This document shows positions 11,466 through 23,085 of a stretch of 64,000 nucleotides of DNA, piece after piece. The DNA is from Macrostomum hystrix. Lineage: Eukaryota; Animalia; Platyhelminthes. The position numbers were made by a program, and so were the translations under genes. The notes under the pieces are model-generated. The model ran no database searches, had not been told where the DNA came from, and worked only from the letters and a program-made list of their open reading frames with translations. The DNA is taken from the NCBI GenBank assembly GCA_950097015.1, contig CATNEN010000024.1, positions 6,882,001 to 6,946,000 of the forward strand, read 5' to 3'. Position 1 is the first letter of the stretch. The number at the start of each line of letters is the position of its first letter.

Positions 11466-12029
11466 AGTAATAGGAAGACAGAAGCTAGATAGAAGGATGG
11501 AGGAAGAAACGAAGAAATTAAAGGGAAAAAAGTTCCAATAAATAAAAAAACATTCCCTACTTACCAAGCATCGCTGAAGCGGCAATTCTCGTTGGTGACA
11601 AGGCTTTTATAAAAGTGCAAAAGGGCTTGCTGCTGCGAAAAAGCGAATTAATTCCTGCGCTCCGTAGCACAATGGCTAAAAAAGCAAGAATTGAGTCAAT
11701 TTCACAAAGGCCTCGCGCCCACTACAATTTATTTAGAGACTCGCCGCCTTTTCCGCTTGGCTGATAAAATTCTAAAGCTCAAGATAAGAAAGCGGGATAA
11801 GGAGGCTGATTCTGGGTCTGGAAGACCGATTGGGTGAAATTATTTTAGGCGAGGGTAAATGAGGCCGATGGAAATGCAACTTGCCGGGAAAGTGCGATAG
11901 CTGTGGGCGCGTTAGGAGGGGAATGCAAGGAATTTTAATCAGAAAAAATATTTTTATTTAGGATATTAGCACTCATTTCAATGCAGAGCTGAGCTGGAAA
12001 TATTGAATCGGAAAACACCTACGAGTTGG

Positions 12030-12720
12030 GTGGGGAAGGAGGTAGAGTAGGGTGGAGAAGGAGGTAGAGTAGGGTGGAGACAGTTTGAGCAGGGTGGAGA
12101 CAGAGTTTGAGCAGGGTGGAGACAATTTGAGCAGAGTTTGAGCAGGCTGGAGACAATTTGAGCAGATTTTGAGCAGGCTGGAGACAGTTCGAACAGAGAT
12201 TGAGCAGGGTGAAGACAGTTTGAGCAGGGTGGAGACAGTTTGAGCAGGGTGGAGACAGTTTGAGCAGGGTGAAGACAGTTTGAGCAGGGTGGAGACAGAG
12301 TTTGAGCAGGATGAAGACAGTTTGAGCCGGGTGTAGACAGAGTTTGAGCAGGGTGGAGACAGAGTTTGAGCAGGGTGGAGACAGAGTTTGAGCAGGATGG
12401 AGACAGAGTTTGAGCAGGGTGGAGACAGAGTTTGAGCAGGATGGAGACAGAGTTTGAGCAGGATGAAGACAGTTTGAGCAGGGTGGAGACAGAGTTTGAG
12501 CAGGGTGGAGACAGTTTGAGCAGGGTGGAGACAGTTTGAGCAGGGTGGAGACAGTTTGAGAAGGGTGGAGACAGAGTTTGAGCAGGGTGGAGACAGAGTT
12601 TGAGCAGGATGGAGACAGAGTTTGAGCAGGGTGGAGACAGAGTTTGAGCAGGATGAAGACAGTTTGAGCAGGGTGGAGACAGAGTTTGAGCAGGGTGGAG
12701 ACAGAGTTTGAGCAGGGTGG
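12030..12720. repeat. Minisatellite, 20/22-bp unit GAGTTTGAGCAGGGTGGAGACA
   Basis: About 32 units; the first units resemble the 6375 array. Confidence 0.96.
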
Positions 12721-13194
12721 AGCATGCATTTGTCTTCGAGGCATTCGGACCGGGTTGGGGTTGCTGCTGCTTTCCTATTTCCGCCCTGCCAATCCTTATT
12801 ATTTCATCAGCAAAAAAGCAGACAGAAGAACAGAAAAATGCTCAACAGAACAACGAGTTATCCCATCTCGCAGCTGCCCGCATCCTATGACTATTGATCC
12901 CAGTCTGAGCCTCGATCTGAACCCGAGGATCCTCACAGCCTCGATCGATACTGCAGGTAAACTCCACCCACCCATCTAGCCGGGCAGTGGGCGTGACCCA
13001 GACAGGAGGCCTAGTAGAACTCGCCTGTCCAGGCTTGTCTGACCCGCCCCCGCGCAGCATTCTTTTCTTCCTCTTGTGTCGAGATGAAGCATTTCGCTGC
13101 GCTGCCTACCCAGCATCCGCACGGTTGGAAGAGCGAGAAGCGCTACACGACAAAGGAAAAATTTCATACACGCTGCACTATCAGTTATGACTTG

Positions 13195-13655
13195 ACAATT
13201 ACTGACTCTCTACCCGATTACACTTTCCCTCTACCCGACTACACTTTCCTTCTATCCAATTACACTTTCCTTCTATCCGGTTAAACTTTCTCTCTTCCCG
13301 ACTGCACTTTCTCTCTACCCGACTGCACTTTCTCTCTACCCGACTGCACTTTCTCTCTACCCGACTGCACTTTCTCTCTACCCGACTGCACTTTCTCTCT
13401 ACCCGACTGCACTTTCTCTCTACCCGACTGCACTTTCTCTCTACCCGACTGCACTTTCTCTCTACCCGACTGCACTTTCTCTCTACCCGACTGCACTTTC
13501 TCTCTACCTGATTACACTTTCCCTCCACCTGATTACACTTTTACTCCAACTGATTACACTTTCCCTCCACCTGATTACACTTTCCCTCCACCTGATTACA
13601 CTTTCCCTCCACCTGATTACACTTTCCCTCCACCTGATTACACTTTCCTTTCACC
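13195..13655. repeat. Minisatellite, 21-bp unit CCCGACTGCACTTTCTCTCTA grading into CCTGATTACACTTTCCCTCCA
   Basis: Direct reading, about 21 units. Confidence 0.96.
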
Positions 13656-14196
13656 AACTGCTCCTTCCAAATCTGCGAAATCGTAATTACAATCCAGATT
13701 GTAGCTCGTATAACTGCATTGTTGAATACATTCGCATATTCCTACTTATTAAGTAGTGAAGTGCAGATTCTGCCCTAATTTGAGTTGCAGCTCTAAGGAA
13801 AATATTCAGAAGTAAATATTGCCTCTACGAATATTTTTTACTGTTTTTAGGGTCGAGTTCAAACATGCTAATCAGCTGTGAGATAAGCTCTCTTAGGGGG
13901 GGTGCATTTAGAGGAAGTAACTCAGTTTGCTTTTTCTTAGTTGAAACTTTACAAATGGCACGTGTGTACTGATTTCCTGAGCCCTTATCATTCCTATCTC
14001 GGCACAGTTGAAATAATCCCACGTGGTTTTAATCCCGTATAAGCTAGATTATCATTTGGGCATGTGAGTTGGGATTTTCTACGCGATATGGGACTACCTT
14101 TAGTTGTAATTTTTCATAGAGCTGTGTTTTTATGGAACTTAAGGGACTTTATTTGAGTTCAGATTTCTGTTATTTAGGATTTTCGTTGAAAAAAAT

Positions 14197-14446
14197 GCAG
14201 GAGGGCTGCAGGCAATGGCACATCATTTGGTGACACTAGACCCGCAGCCAGCGAGGAGGCAATTCTGCCCATGTCGCTGACTCCTGTGCACACACGCACA
14301 CACTATACAGTACACAGGCACACAGGTGTGTACATCTGCCATGACTTTCTCATCGTCAGGCAGCGTGCACTCTCTGACGGAGTGACAGCCTTGGAGGTTG
14401 GCCCTCAAGGCCGTAAATTGCATGAGTAGTCCCCAAGCCTTCTCTC
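14197..14446 (-). mobile_element. 5'-truncated copy of the tRNA-derived SINE at 24822
   Basis: Reverse complement matches the 24822 element (GGCAGAATTGCCTCCTCG, CTGACGATGAGAAAGTCA, GAGAGAAGGCTTGGGG). It lacks the tRNA head and ends where the 17-bp array starts. Confidence 0.88.
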
Positions 14447-16633
14447 AATTGAGATTTCAATTGAGTAGGGATTTCAATTGAGTAGGGATTTCAATTGAGT
14501 AGGGATTTCAATTGAGTAGGGATTTCAATTGAGTATGGATTTCAATTGAGTAGGGATTTCAATTGAGTAGGGATTTCAATTGAGTAGGGATTTCAATTGA
14601 GTAGGGATTTCAATTGAGTAGGGATTTCAATTGAGTAGGGATTTCAATTGAGTAGGGATTTCAATTGAGTAGGGATTTCAATTGAGTAGGGATTTCAATT
14701 GAGTAGGGATTTCAATTGAGTATGGATTTCAATTGAGTAGGGATTTCAATTGAGTAGGGATTTCAATTGAGTAGGTATTTCAATTGAGTAGGGATTTCAA
14801 TTGAGTAGGGATTTCAATTGAGTAGGGATTTCAATTGAGTAGGGATTTCAATTGAGTATGGATTTCAATTGAGTAGGGATTTCAATTGAGTAGGGATTTC
14901 AATTGAGTAGGTATTTCAATTGAGTAGGGATTTCAATTGAGTAGGGATTTCAATTGAGTAGGGATTTCAATTGAGTAGGGATTTCAATTGAGTATGGATT
15001 TCAATTGAGTAGGGATTTCAATTGAGTAGGGATTTCAATTGAGTAGGGATTTCAATTGAGTAGGGATTTCAATTGAGTAGGGATTTCAATTGAGTAGGGA
15101 TTTCAATTGAGTAGGGATTTCAATTGAGTAGGGATTTCAATTGAGTAGGGATTTCAATTGAGTAGGGATTTCAATTGAGTAGGGATTTCAATTGAGTAGG
15201 GATTTCAATTGAGTAGGGATTTCAATTGAGTAGGGATTTCAATTGAGTATGGATTTCAATTGAGTAGGGATTTCAATTGAGTATGGATTTCAATTGAGTA
15301 GGGATTTCAATTGAGTAGGGATTTCAATTGAGTAAGGATTTCAATTGAGTAGGGATTTCAATTGAGTAGGGATTTCAATTGAGTAGGGATTTCAATTGAG
15401 TATGGATTTCAATAGAGTAGGGATTTCAATTGAGTAGGGATTTCAATTGAGTAGGTATTTCAATTGAGTAGGGATTTCAATTGAGTAGGGATTTCAATTG
15501 AGTAGGGATTTCAATTGAGTAGGGATTTCAATTGAGTAGGGATTTCAATTGAGTAGGGATTTCAATTGAGTAGGGATTTCAATTGAGTAGGGATTTCAAT
15601 TGAGTAGGGATTTCAATTGAGTAGGGATTTCAATTGAGTAGGGATTTCAATTGAGTAGGGATTTCAATTGAGTAGGGATTTCAATTGAGTAGGGATTTCA
15701 ATTGAGTAGGGATTTCAATTGAGTAGGGATTTCAATTGAGTAGGGATTTCAATTGAGTAGGGATTTCAATTGAGTAGGGATTTCAATTGAGTAGGGATTT
15801 CAATTGAGTAGGGATTTCAATTGAGTAGGGATTTCAATTGAGTAGGGATTTCAATTGAGTAGGGATTTCAATTGAGTAGGGATTTCAATTGAGTAGGGAT
15901 TTCAATTGAGTAGGGATTTCAATTGAGTAGGGATTTCAATTGAGTATGGATTTCAATTGAGTAGGGATTTCAATTGAGTAGGGATTTCAATTGAGTAGGG
16001 ATTTCAATTGAGTAGGGATTTCAATTGAGTAGGGATTTCAATTGAGTAGGGATTTCAATTGAGTAGGGATTTCAATTGAGTAGGGATTTCAATTGAGTAT
16101 GGATTTCAATTGAGTAGGGATTTCAATTGAGTATGGATTTCAATTGAGTAGGGATTTCAATTGAGTAGGGATTTCAATTGAGTAGGGATTTCAATTGAGT
16201 AGGGATTTCAATTGAGTAGGGATTTCAATTGAGTAGGGATTTCAATTGAGTAGGGATTTCAATTGAGTAGGGATTTCAATTGAGTAGGGATTTCAATTGA
16301 GTAGGGATTTCAATTGAGTAGGGATTTCAATTGAGTAGGGATTTCAATTAAGTAGGGATTTCAATTGAGTAGGGATTTCAATTGAGTAGGGATTTCAATT
16401 GAGTATGGATTTCAATTGAGTAGGGATTTCAATTGAGTAGGGATTTCAATTGAGTAGGGATTTCAATTGAGTAGGGATTTCAATTGAGTAGGGATTTCAA
16501 TTGAGTAGGGATTTCAATTGAGTAGGGATTTCAATTGAGTAGGGATTTCAATTGAGTAGGGATTTCAATTGAGTAGGGATTTCAATTGAGTAGGGATTTC
16601 AATTGAGTAGGGATTTCAATTGAGTAGGGATTT
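14445..16633. repeat. Highly homogeneous minisatellite, 17-bp unit GGGATTTCAATTGAGTA
   Basis: About 129 units with rare TAT/GTA variants; each unit contains the palindrome TCAATTGA. Confidence 0.98.
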
Positions 16634-16685
16634 TTGTCTAGTCGTCAATTTCGTGATATTTACTAATTTTGAGTAAATCAATATT

Positions 16686-16725
16686 ATCGGGCTGCTTAAT
16701 AATAATAATAATAATCGGGCTGCTT
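16686..16725 (-). mobile_element. Tail-only non-LTR insertion: (AAT)n flanked by 12-bp direct repeat ATCGGGCTGCTT
   Basis: Identical 12-mers at 16686-16697 and 16714-16725 bracket 16 nt of AAT repeat, the complement of the SINE's (ATT)n tail. Confidence 0.6.
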
Positions 16726-17051
16726 TTGCAGTGTTGCTTAAAATTTTCTCCTTTGCCTGATAAAAGCTGTCAAATAAATCGTCAGTTTTATAGACGAATT
16801 AGTAAGCAAAATAAAATGTTTACACATTTATTGAAGTACTAGCGTATCTAGCTAGCTGGCTGATTAATCTAAGCGTCACCCTAGCTGTCTTGGCTCGAAT
16901 ACATAAACAAAGTACTTGCAGTTTTGCCAGCCAGCTAAGAGCTAGGTGTTTCAAGCCGAAATCTTAGCTACTTTTATCGGAATATCGCGCATTGGGCCCC
17001 AGAAATATGTATATAAACTGTTCACAAGTCCCTTCAAGTGTCTAGCTGAGG

Positions 17052-17059
17052 TATATAAG
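17052..17059 (+). promoter_or_regulatory. TATA-like box upstream of the GDPD gene
   Basis: TATATAAG 45 nt upstream of ATG 17097; position only, not validated. Confidence 0.35.
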
Positions 17060-17096
17060 GCCGCTGCGATAACAGCGCAATCACGCTGCAGAAACT

Positions 17097-17465
17097 ATGG
17101 CACTAGCAACTGTGCTGACAATTGCTTTGATTTCCTCTGGCCTGCACCTTGTTGCCACCCAGGCTAATCTGAGACAGACGCCATGGGTGATCGCTCACCG
17201 TGGTTCAAGCGGCGACAATCCCGAACTGACGATGCTGGCATTCTCCAAGGCTGCCGAACAGGGCGCCGACATGCTGGAGCTCGACACGGCGGTGACGAAA
17301 GATCACCAGGTCATTGTGCTGCACGAGCCGGACTTGTCTCCCACTACGGATGTGAAGTCTAAACCTGAATTTGCCAGCAGGCTGAGAACTGATACCATCT
17401 TCTCTGACGATGGTTACCAAGTGAATGTGACCGACTATTTTACCTGGGAATTTAACCTAACTGAG
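17097..17465 (+). CDS. Glycerophosphodiester phosphodiesterase (GlpQ-like) exon 1 (123 aa, signal peptide)
   Basis: Hydrophobic N-terminus; VIAHRG, GADMLELD and KDHQVIVLHE catalytic motifs; phase-0 donor GAG|GTAAGC at 17466. Confidence 0.93.
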
Positions 17466-17508
17466 GTAAGCGAATCTTCATATTGCTAGGACCCACGTGG
17501 AGACCCAC

Positions 17509-18385
17509 GTGGATAGAGTGACAGATGATCTGTTAAGCCAGGTGAATAGAGTGACAGATGCTCTGATAAGCCAGGTAGATAGAGTGACAGATGATCTGTT
17601 AAACCAGGTGATTAGAGTGACAGATGATCTGTTAAGCCAGGTGAATAGAGTGACATATGATCTGTTAAGCCAGGTGAATAGAGTGACAGATGATCCTGTT
17701 AAGCCAGGTGAATAGAGTGACAGATGATCTGTTAAGCCAGGTGAATAGAGTGACAGATGCTCTGATAAGCCAGGTAGATAGAGTGACAGATGATCTGTTA
17801 AGCCAGGTGAATAGAGTGACAGATGATCTGTTAAGCCAGGTGAATAGAGTGACAGATGATCTGTTAAGCCAGGTGAATAGAGTGACAGATGATCTGTTAA
17901 GCCAGGTGGATAGAGTGACAGATGATCTGTTAAGCCAGATGAATAGAGTGACAGATGATCTGTTAAGCCAGGTGAATAGAGTGACAGATGATCTGTTAAG
18001 CCAGGTGAATAGAGTGACAGATGATCTGTTAAGCCAGGTGGATAGAGTGACAGATGATCTATTAAGCCAGGTGGATAGAGTGACAGATGATCTGTTAAGC
18101 CAGATGAATAGAGTGACAGATGATCTGTTAAGCCAGGTGGATAGAGTGACAGATGATCTATTAAGCCAGGTGGATAGAGTGACAGATGATCTGTTAAGCC
18201 TGGTGAATGGAGTGACAGATGATCTGTTAAGCCAGGTGGATAGAGTGACAGATGATCTGTTAAGCCTGGTGAATGGAGTGACAGATGATCTGTTAAGCCA
18301 GGTGGATAGAGTGACAGATGATCTGTTAAGCCTGGTGAATGGAGTGACAGATGATCTGTTAAGCCAGGTGGATAGAGTGACGGAT
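17509..18385. repeat. Intronic minisatellite, 33-bp unit AATAGAGTGACAGATGATCTGTTAAGCCAGGTG
   Basis: About 26 units filling GDPD intron 1. Confidence 0.97.
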
Positions 18386-18408
18386 CACCGGCACAAAACC
18401 ACCCACAG

Positions 18409-18945
18409 GTGAAGCAACTGCGCAAGCATCAGCGGTTCAGTTTCCGGGACTCCAGCCTAAACGGTCAGGAGTCGGTGCCCACGCTGCGCGAGGTGCTGCA
18501 GCTGGTGAAGGGCCTGGACGCCAAGCGCCAACCGGGACAGAGGCAAGTTGCGCTGCTCATAGAGGTGAAGCTGTGTCGCTACTACACTGCCAGGACCAAC
18601 CAGACCAAGGAGGAGCTAATTGCAAACGACTTGATCGCCGAACAAGTCGAGAACCGGGCCGACCTGGTCCATCTGCAGACATTCGAGCTGGACTGTGCAG
18701 CTGAATTGAAACGCAGGCTGCCGAATCTGCCGGTGTACAAGCTGGAACAGTCGAATGGTATCAGCAGCGACAAACTGGCGGACTGGCGAAATCGACTGCG
18801 ACTGGACGGCATCGGGGTGCACAAGGCGATGGTTGCCGGCGGATCAACCGGTGCAGCCAGCCCGGACTTCAGCTACAAGTACCGGGTCAGCGGAACGACG
18901 GACCTGCTGCATCGGGCCAAACAGGCTGGCGGTCCGAATTTCAAG
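18409..18945 (+). CDS. GDPD exon 2 (179 aa)
   Basis: Acceptor CCCACAG at 18408; VPTLREVL, LLIEVK, LQTFE, DGIGVHK and TDLLHRA motifs; phase-0 donor AAG|GTTCGA at 18946. Confidence 0.92.
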
Positions 18946-19009
18946 GTTCGATTTTCAAGTGATTGTGATTCGAAATTCCCATGAAAATCGTTTCTTGAAG
19001 AAGTGACTT

Positions 19010-19660
19010 CTGCTCTTAGGGAATCCGCCCCTTTAAAGATTCCGATTTTTGAGAATCCACACTTTATGATTTCCGCTCTTTGGGAATCCTCTCTTTCAGA
19101 ATCCGCCCTTAGGGAATCCGCTCTTTCAGAATCCACCCTTAGGGAATCCGCTCTTTGGGAATCCGCTCTTTGAGAATCCGCTCTTTGGGAATCCGCTCTT
19201 TGGGAATCCTCTCTTTCAGAATCCGCCCTTAGGGAATCCGCTCTTTGGGGATCCGCTCTTTATGATTTCTGCTCTTTGGGAATCCGCTCTTTGGGAATCC
19301 GTTCTTTGTGAATCCGCTCTTTGGGAATCCGCTCTTTGGGAATCCGCTCTTTGAGAATCCGCTCTTTGAGAATCCGCTCTTTGGGAATCCGCTCTTTGGG
19401 AATCCTCTCTTTCAGAATCCGCCCTTAGGGAATTCGCTCTTTCAGAATCCGCCCTTAGGGAATCCGCTCTTTCAGAATCCGCCCTTAGGGAATCCGCTCT
19501 TTGGGGATCCGCTCTTTGAGAATCCGCTCTTTATGATTTCCGCTCTTTGGGAATCCGCTCTTTCGGAATCCGCTCTTTGGGAATCCGCTCTTTGGGAATC
19601 CGCTCTTTGGGAATCCGCTCTTTGGGAATCCGCTCTTTGGTAATCCTCTCTTTTGAGGAT
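19010..19660. repeat. Intronic minisatellite, 15-bp unit GGGAATCCGCTCTTT
   Basis: About 43 units in GDPD intron 2. Confidence 0.96.
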
Positions 19661-19674
19661 CCGCAACATTTTCC

Positions 19675-20158
19675 ATCAATCCATCCATATCAATCCATCA
19701 ATATCAATCCATCCATATCAATCCATCCATATCAATCCATCCATATCAATCCATCCATATCAATCCATCCATATCAATCCATCCATATCAATCCATCCAT
19801 ATCAATCCATCCATATCAATCCATCCATATCAATCCATCCATATCAATCCATCCATATCAATCCATCCATATCAATCCATCCATATCAATCCATCCATAT
19901 CAATCCATCCATATCAATCCATCCATATCAATCCATCCATATCAATCCATCCATATCAATCCATCCATATCAATCCATCCATATCAATCCATCCATATCA
20001 ATCCATCCATATCAATCCATCCATATCAATCCATCCATATCAATCCATCCATATCAATCCATCCATATCAATCCATCCATATCAATCCATCCATATCAAT
20101 CCATCCATATCAATCCATCCATATCAATCCATCCATATCAATCCATCCATATCAATCC
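19675..20158. repeat. Intronic minisatellite, 14-bp unit ATCCATCCATATCA, running into the acceptor
   Basis: About 34 perfect units; the last unit reads ATCAATCCAG at 20151-20160. Confidence 0.97.
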
Positions 20159-20160
20159 AG

Positions 20161-20418
20161 GTGTTGGTGTGGACTCTGCGCAACGAGGACCGCTACATCG
20201 CCTGGAACTTCAGCCAGGATGGCTCAATCGAGGCGAAATTTTTCGCCGCCGAGGCCCATGTCGACGGCCTTATCACCGACTTCCCGATGACGGTGCGTCA
20301 AGTTGTCGACGCCTGCTGCAGATTCATCGGCGGCTCCCCTGTCGGTGCCTCCCCCACCGCCTGGCTGTCTCTGCTGGCCTCTGTGGCTGCGCTTCTTGCG
20401 GTTAGATTTGTCCACTAG
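20161..20418 (+). CDS. GDPD exon 3 (85 aa + stop; GPI-signal-like C-terminus)
   Basis: VWTLRNE, NFSQD and VDGLITDFP motifs, then a small-residue spacer and hydrophobic tail WLSLLASVAALLAVRFVH; AATAAA at 20578. Confidence 0.92.
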   Translation: MLVWTLRNEDRYIAWNFSQDGSIEAKFFAAEAHVDGLITDFPMTVRQVVDACCRFIGGSPVGASPTAWLSLLASVAALLAVRFVH

Positions 20419-22090
20419 AAGCAGATTTCTAGGAATCTGAGTGTTTCTCAGAAATAACAGTGAATTAATTACAAGCGGGAATTCCAGGTATATTTAGGCC
20501 ATTGAAAATATATAAATTTATTAGTTCTTTCGAAGGCTTACATATTTACGCTTGTAAGTTCAAACTAATTAACTTAAAATAAACTATCTAAAATTGTTCG
20601 CGATATAAATAAATTAATGCATTATCCTAGATATCCTACTATTGGCGTCTGAAATGCACATGGATTTATAAAATTTGCGATCCTTTTGCGTTTAGTCATT
20701 TTAGTCATTTCTCGGGAATTTATTTCTTAACTATTGGTTATTGACCTCAGATTTACTCAATGGTTTGTCGCTATAATTATCTTTTCTTCAGGCAGAATAT
20801 AATAAAAAGTAACCGCTCCATTTTTTGGCTTGAGTCCAACGCGCATGTCTCGCACCAAGGTCCCTGAACTTAAATCTACGGCGACCGCGAGGATATAGAC
20901 AATTAGGAGAGTTGTCACAGACGGGAGAAAATGGCAATTGATGTGTAATTTAACGTTTTTACTTTATAAATTATTCAATGTAAATTATGTAACAATTATT
21001 TTAATTACAATAATAATAAATTATGACAACTGATTTGTTCTATTTAGTTTAAGTTTGATCCGAAATAAATAAATTACAGAAACAAAAGTCTCGTGTTTAT
21101 ATGTAGTGACATCTGCTACGCATATCTGTGTAATTTAATTACAAATAATTTTATGTAAGCCATAAAAAAATTTTGTAGTGTCTAAAAATTATAAACACTT
21201 AAATATATCTTTACATTGCCGATATTTATAGATATGCTTATTCACAAATTTATATACTAATATAACTTTTTCATAAAATATACAAGTTGTCTATTTTAAT
21301 ATTTAAATTTCGTGACACTAAAAAACTTAAACAGAAATCAAACAAATTAATCACAAAAATTTACACACCTTACTTTGTGTTAATAAAAAAGACCCAGACA
21401 GAAAAAGATATGCGACAGAGCATTTTAAAGAACATAAACGCAATTTTGTCGTTGACTGGACTGCTACTACGCTCGCTTAAGTCGAAATTTAGCGGTTAGA
21501 AAAGAAAAGTTATTAAATCCAACGCAAACTTTTTGGTGATGGCCTGATTGTGCGCGATGTTTTGTAAAAAAAAAGCTTTAGATCAAATGACATCAAAATG
21601 ATCAAACCCGGGCACACACAAAAAGTTTCAGTACAGTGAGTCTACTGTAAAATTACAATGTATAACATTTAAACGGTTTCTTTGCATATTTGTTTGAAAA
21701 ACTGAGTATTCTATATATAGTTCTGGTCCCTTAAACCATACTGGAAATTTGCTGTTTAGTACTAAAAGCTGCATATTATCTGATTTACTAATAGCTATAT
21801 TTTTAGGATCACAAATCTGAACAAATTTTTACAATTTTACAATCCAAGACTATTTTTAATTCTATAAGCGTTAAAAGCAAATAACACAGCAAACTGCAAA
21901 GAACAGCTGGATTTCAAAGAACAATGAGTCTTTTGAGTACACAGAAAAGCTGCTGTCAAAGTCAAATAAGTAAACCCTTCGTCAGTTTTACATCAGTCTA
22001 CGAGTACAAACTATAATTTTATCAAAGGACATTTTTTGTATAAAAAATATTTCCTGCTAGCAATACTTTCTAACAAACAGACAGATTGCG

Positions 22091-22211
22091 TCAGCAGATC
22101 GGGCGCGCATTGCGGTCATCTTCATCGTCGCTCTGCCGACGTCGCGGAGATCCCACTGGAGGTGGCAATGGCGACGACTGTCTAACAGGCAGGGTTGCGA
22201 AGGTGTGCTGC

Positions 22212-22243
<32 letters not shown>

Positions 22244-22734
22244 GCCGAAAACGGGAGCGGGGGAATGCAGCCGACCGATGCCACCTCCGCCGCGAAGTTC
22301 AACCCCGTGAGGCGGTAACGGCGGCGGCAGGAAGCCGACGGTGGTAGCCGATGAGGCGTGCTGCTCAACGACGCTGCCAGAGGACGATGGCGCGACGAAG
22401 TCCTCTTCGGGAATGCCCAGGTACTGCTGATGCTGGAGCTGCCTTGGAGTGGATTTCAGCGACATCTGCGGCAGCAGCAGCAGGTGCTGAGGCTGCTGCA
22501 GCTGTTGGTACTGAAGGTTTGACGACCCATGGCCAAATTGCTGCTGTTGCTGTTGCTGCTGGTGCTGCTGAAGCTGCGGTGTCAGGACCCGCCGAGGCAA
22601 GGTACCGCCGCTAACTGCTGGCGAAGAGTTCAACGACATCGCCATGGCCATTGGTCCCGGCTGGGGCAGGCCGCCCATGTGGAAGCCGTGATGATGAAGC
22701 CCGGCTTGCCGGCCGGCAGCTCCGAACAGGTGAC
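22091..22734 (-). CDS. PCDH: Protocadherin terminal exon (Gln/Pro/His-rich cytoplasmic tail)
   Basis: Acceptor AATTTCCGCAG (22736-22735); phase 1 matches the preceding exon; open to TGA at 22093-22091; two polyQ tracts. Confidence 0.8.
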
Positions 22735-22911
22735 CTGCGGAAATTCGATCAGAATTACCAGATGCTGTAATTAGATGGAACTATTTATTTTAAATATGAT
22801 ATTTGTGCTTAGCAAATGCATCGATCATTTAAAAAAGTATTTATTCGAGCTACTCAGTTACGATGAATGAACTTTGCTAACGTTATTGCTGCTTCAGGCC
22901 GCCACTGGAAA

Positions 22912-23085
22912 GTTTTTAAGGAGGTTGCTAAGGCCGTTGCTAGGACCCGAGCCAAGACTCTTTCCAAGGACGTTACCAAAACGTTTTCCAAAGTCATTGT
23001 CGAGACTTTTGCTGAGACCGTCGCTAAGGTCATTTCCAAGACCGTTGTGTAGACCGTTTCTAAGACTGTCTTACTAGGACCGTAG
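22912..23085. repeat. Old, highly degenerate 12-bp repeat (GTTGCTAAGACC-like) in protocadherin intron 2
   Basis: About 14 units, e.g. GTTGCTAAGGCC, GTTGCTAGGACC, TTTGCTGAGACC, ATTTCCAAGACC. Confidence 0.7.

Noticed and set aside
21630-21650. TACAGT...ACTGTA Tc1/mariner-like mini inverted repeat
   Set aside because: Only 18 bp; expected by chance in AT-rich DNA.
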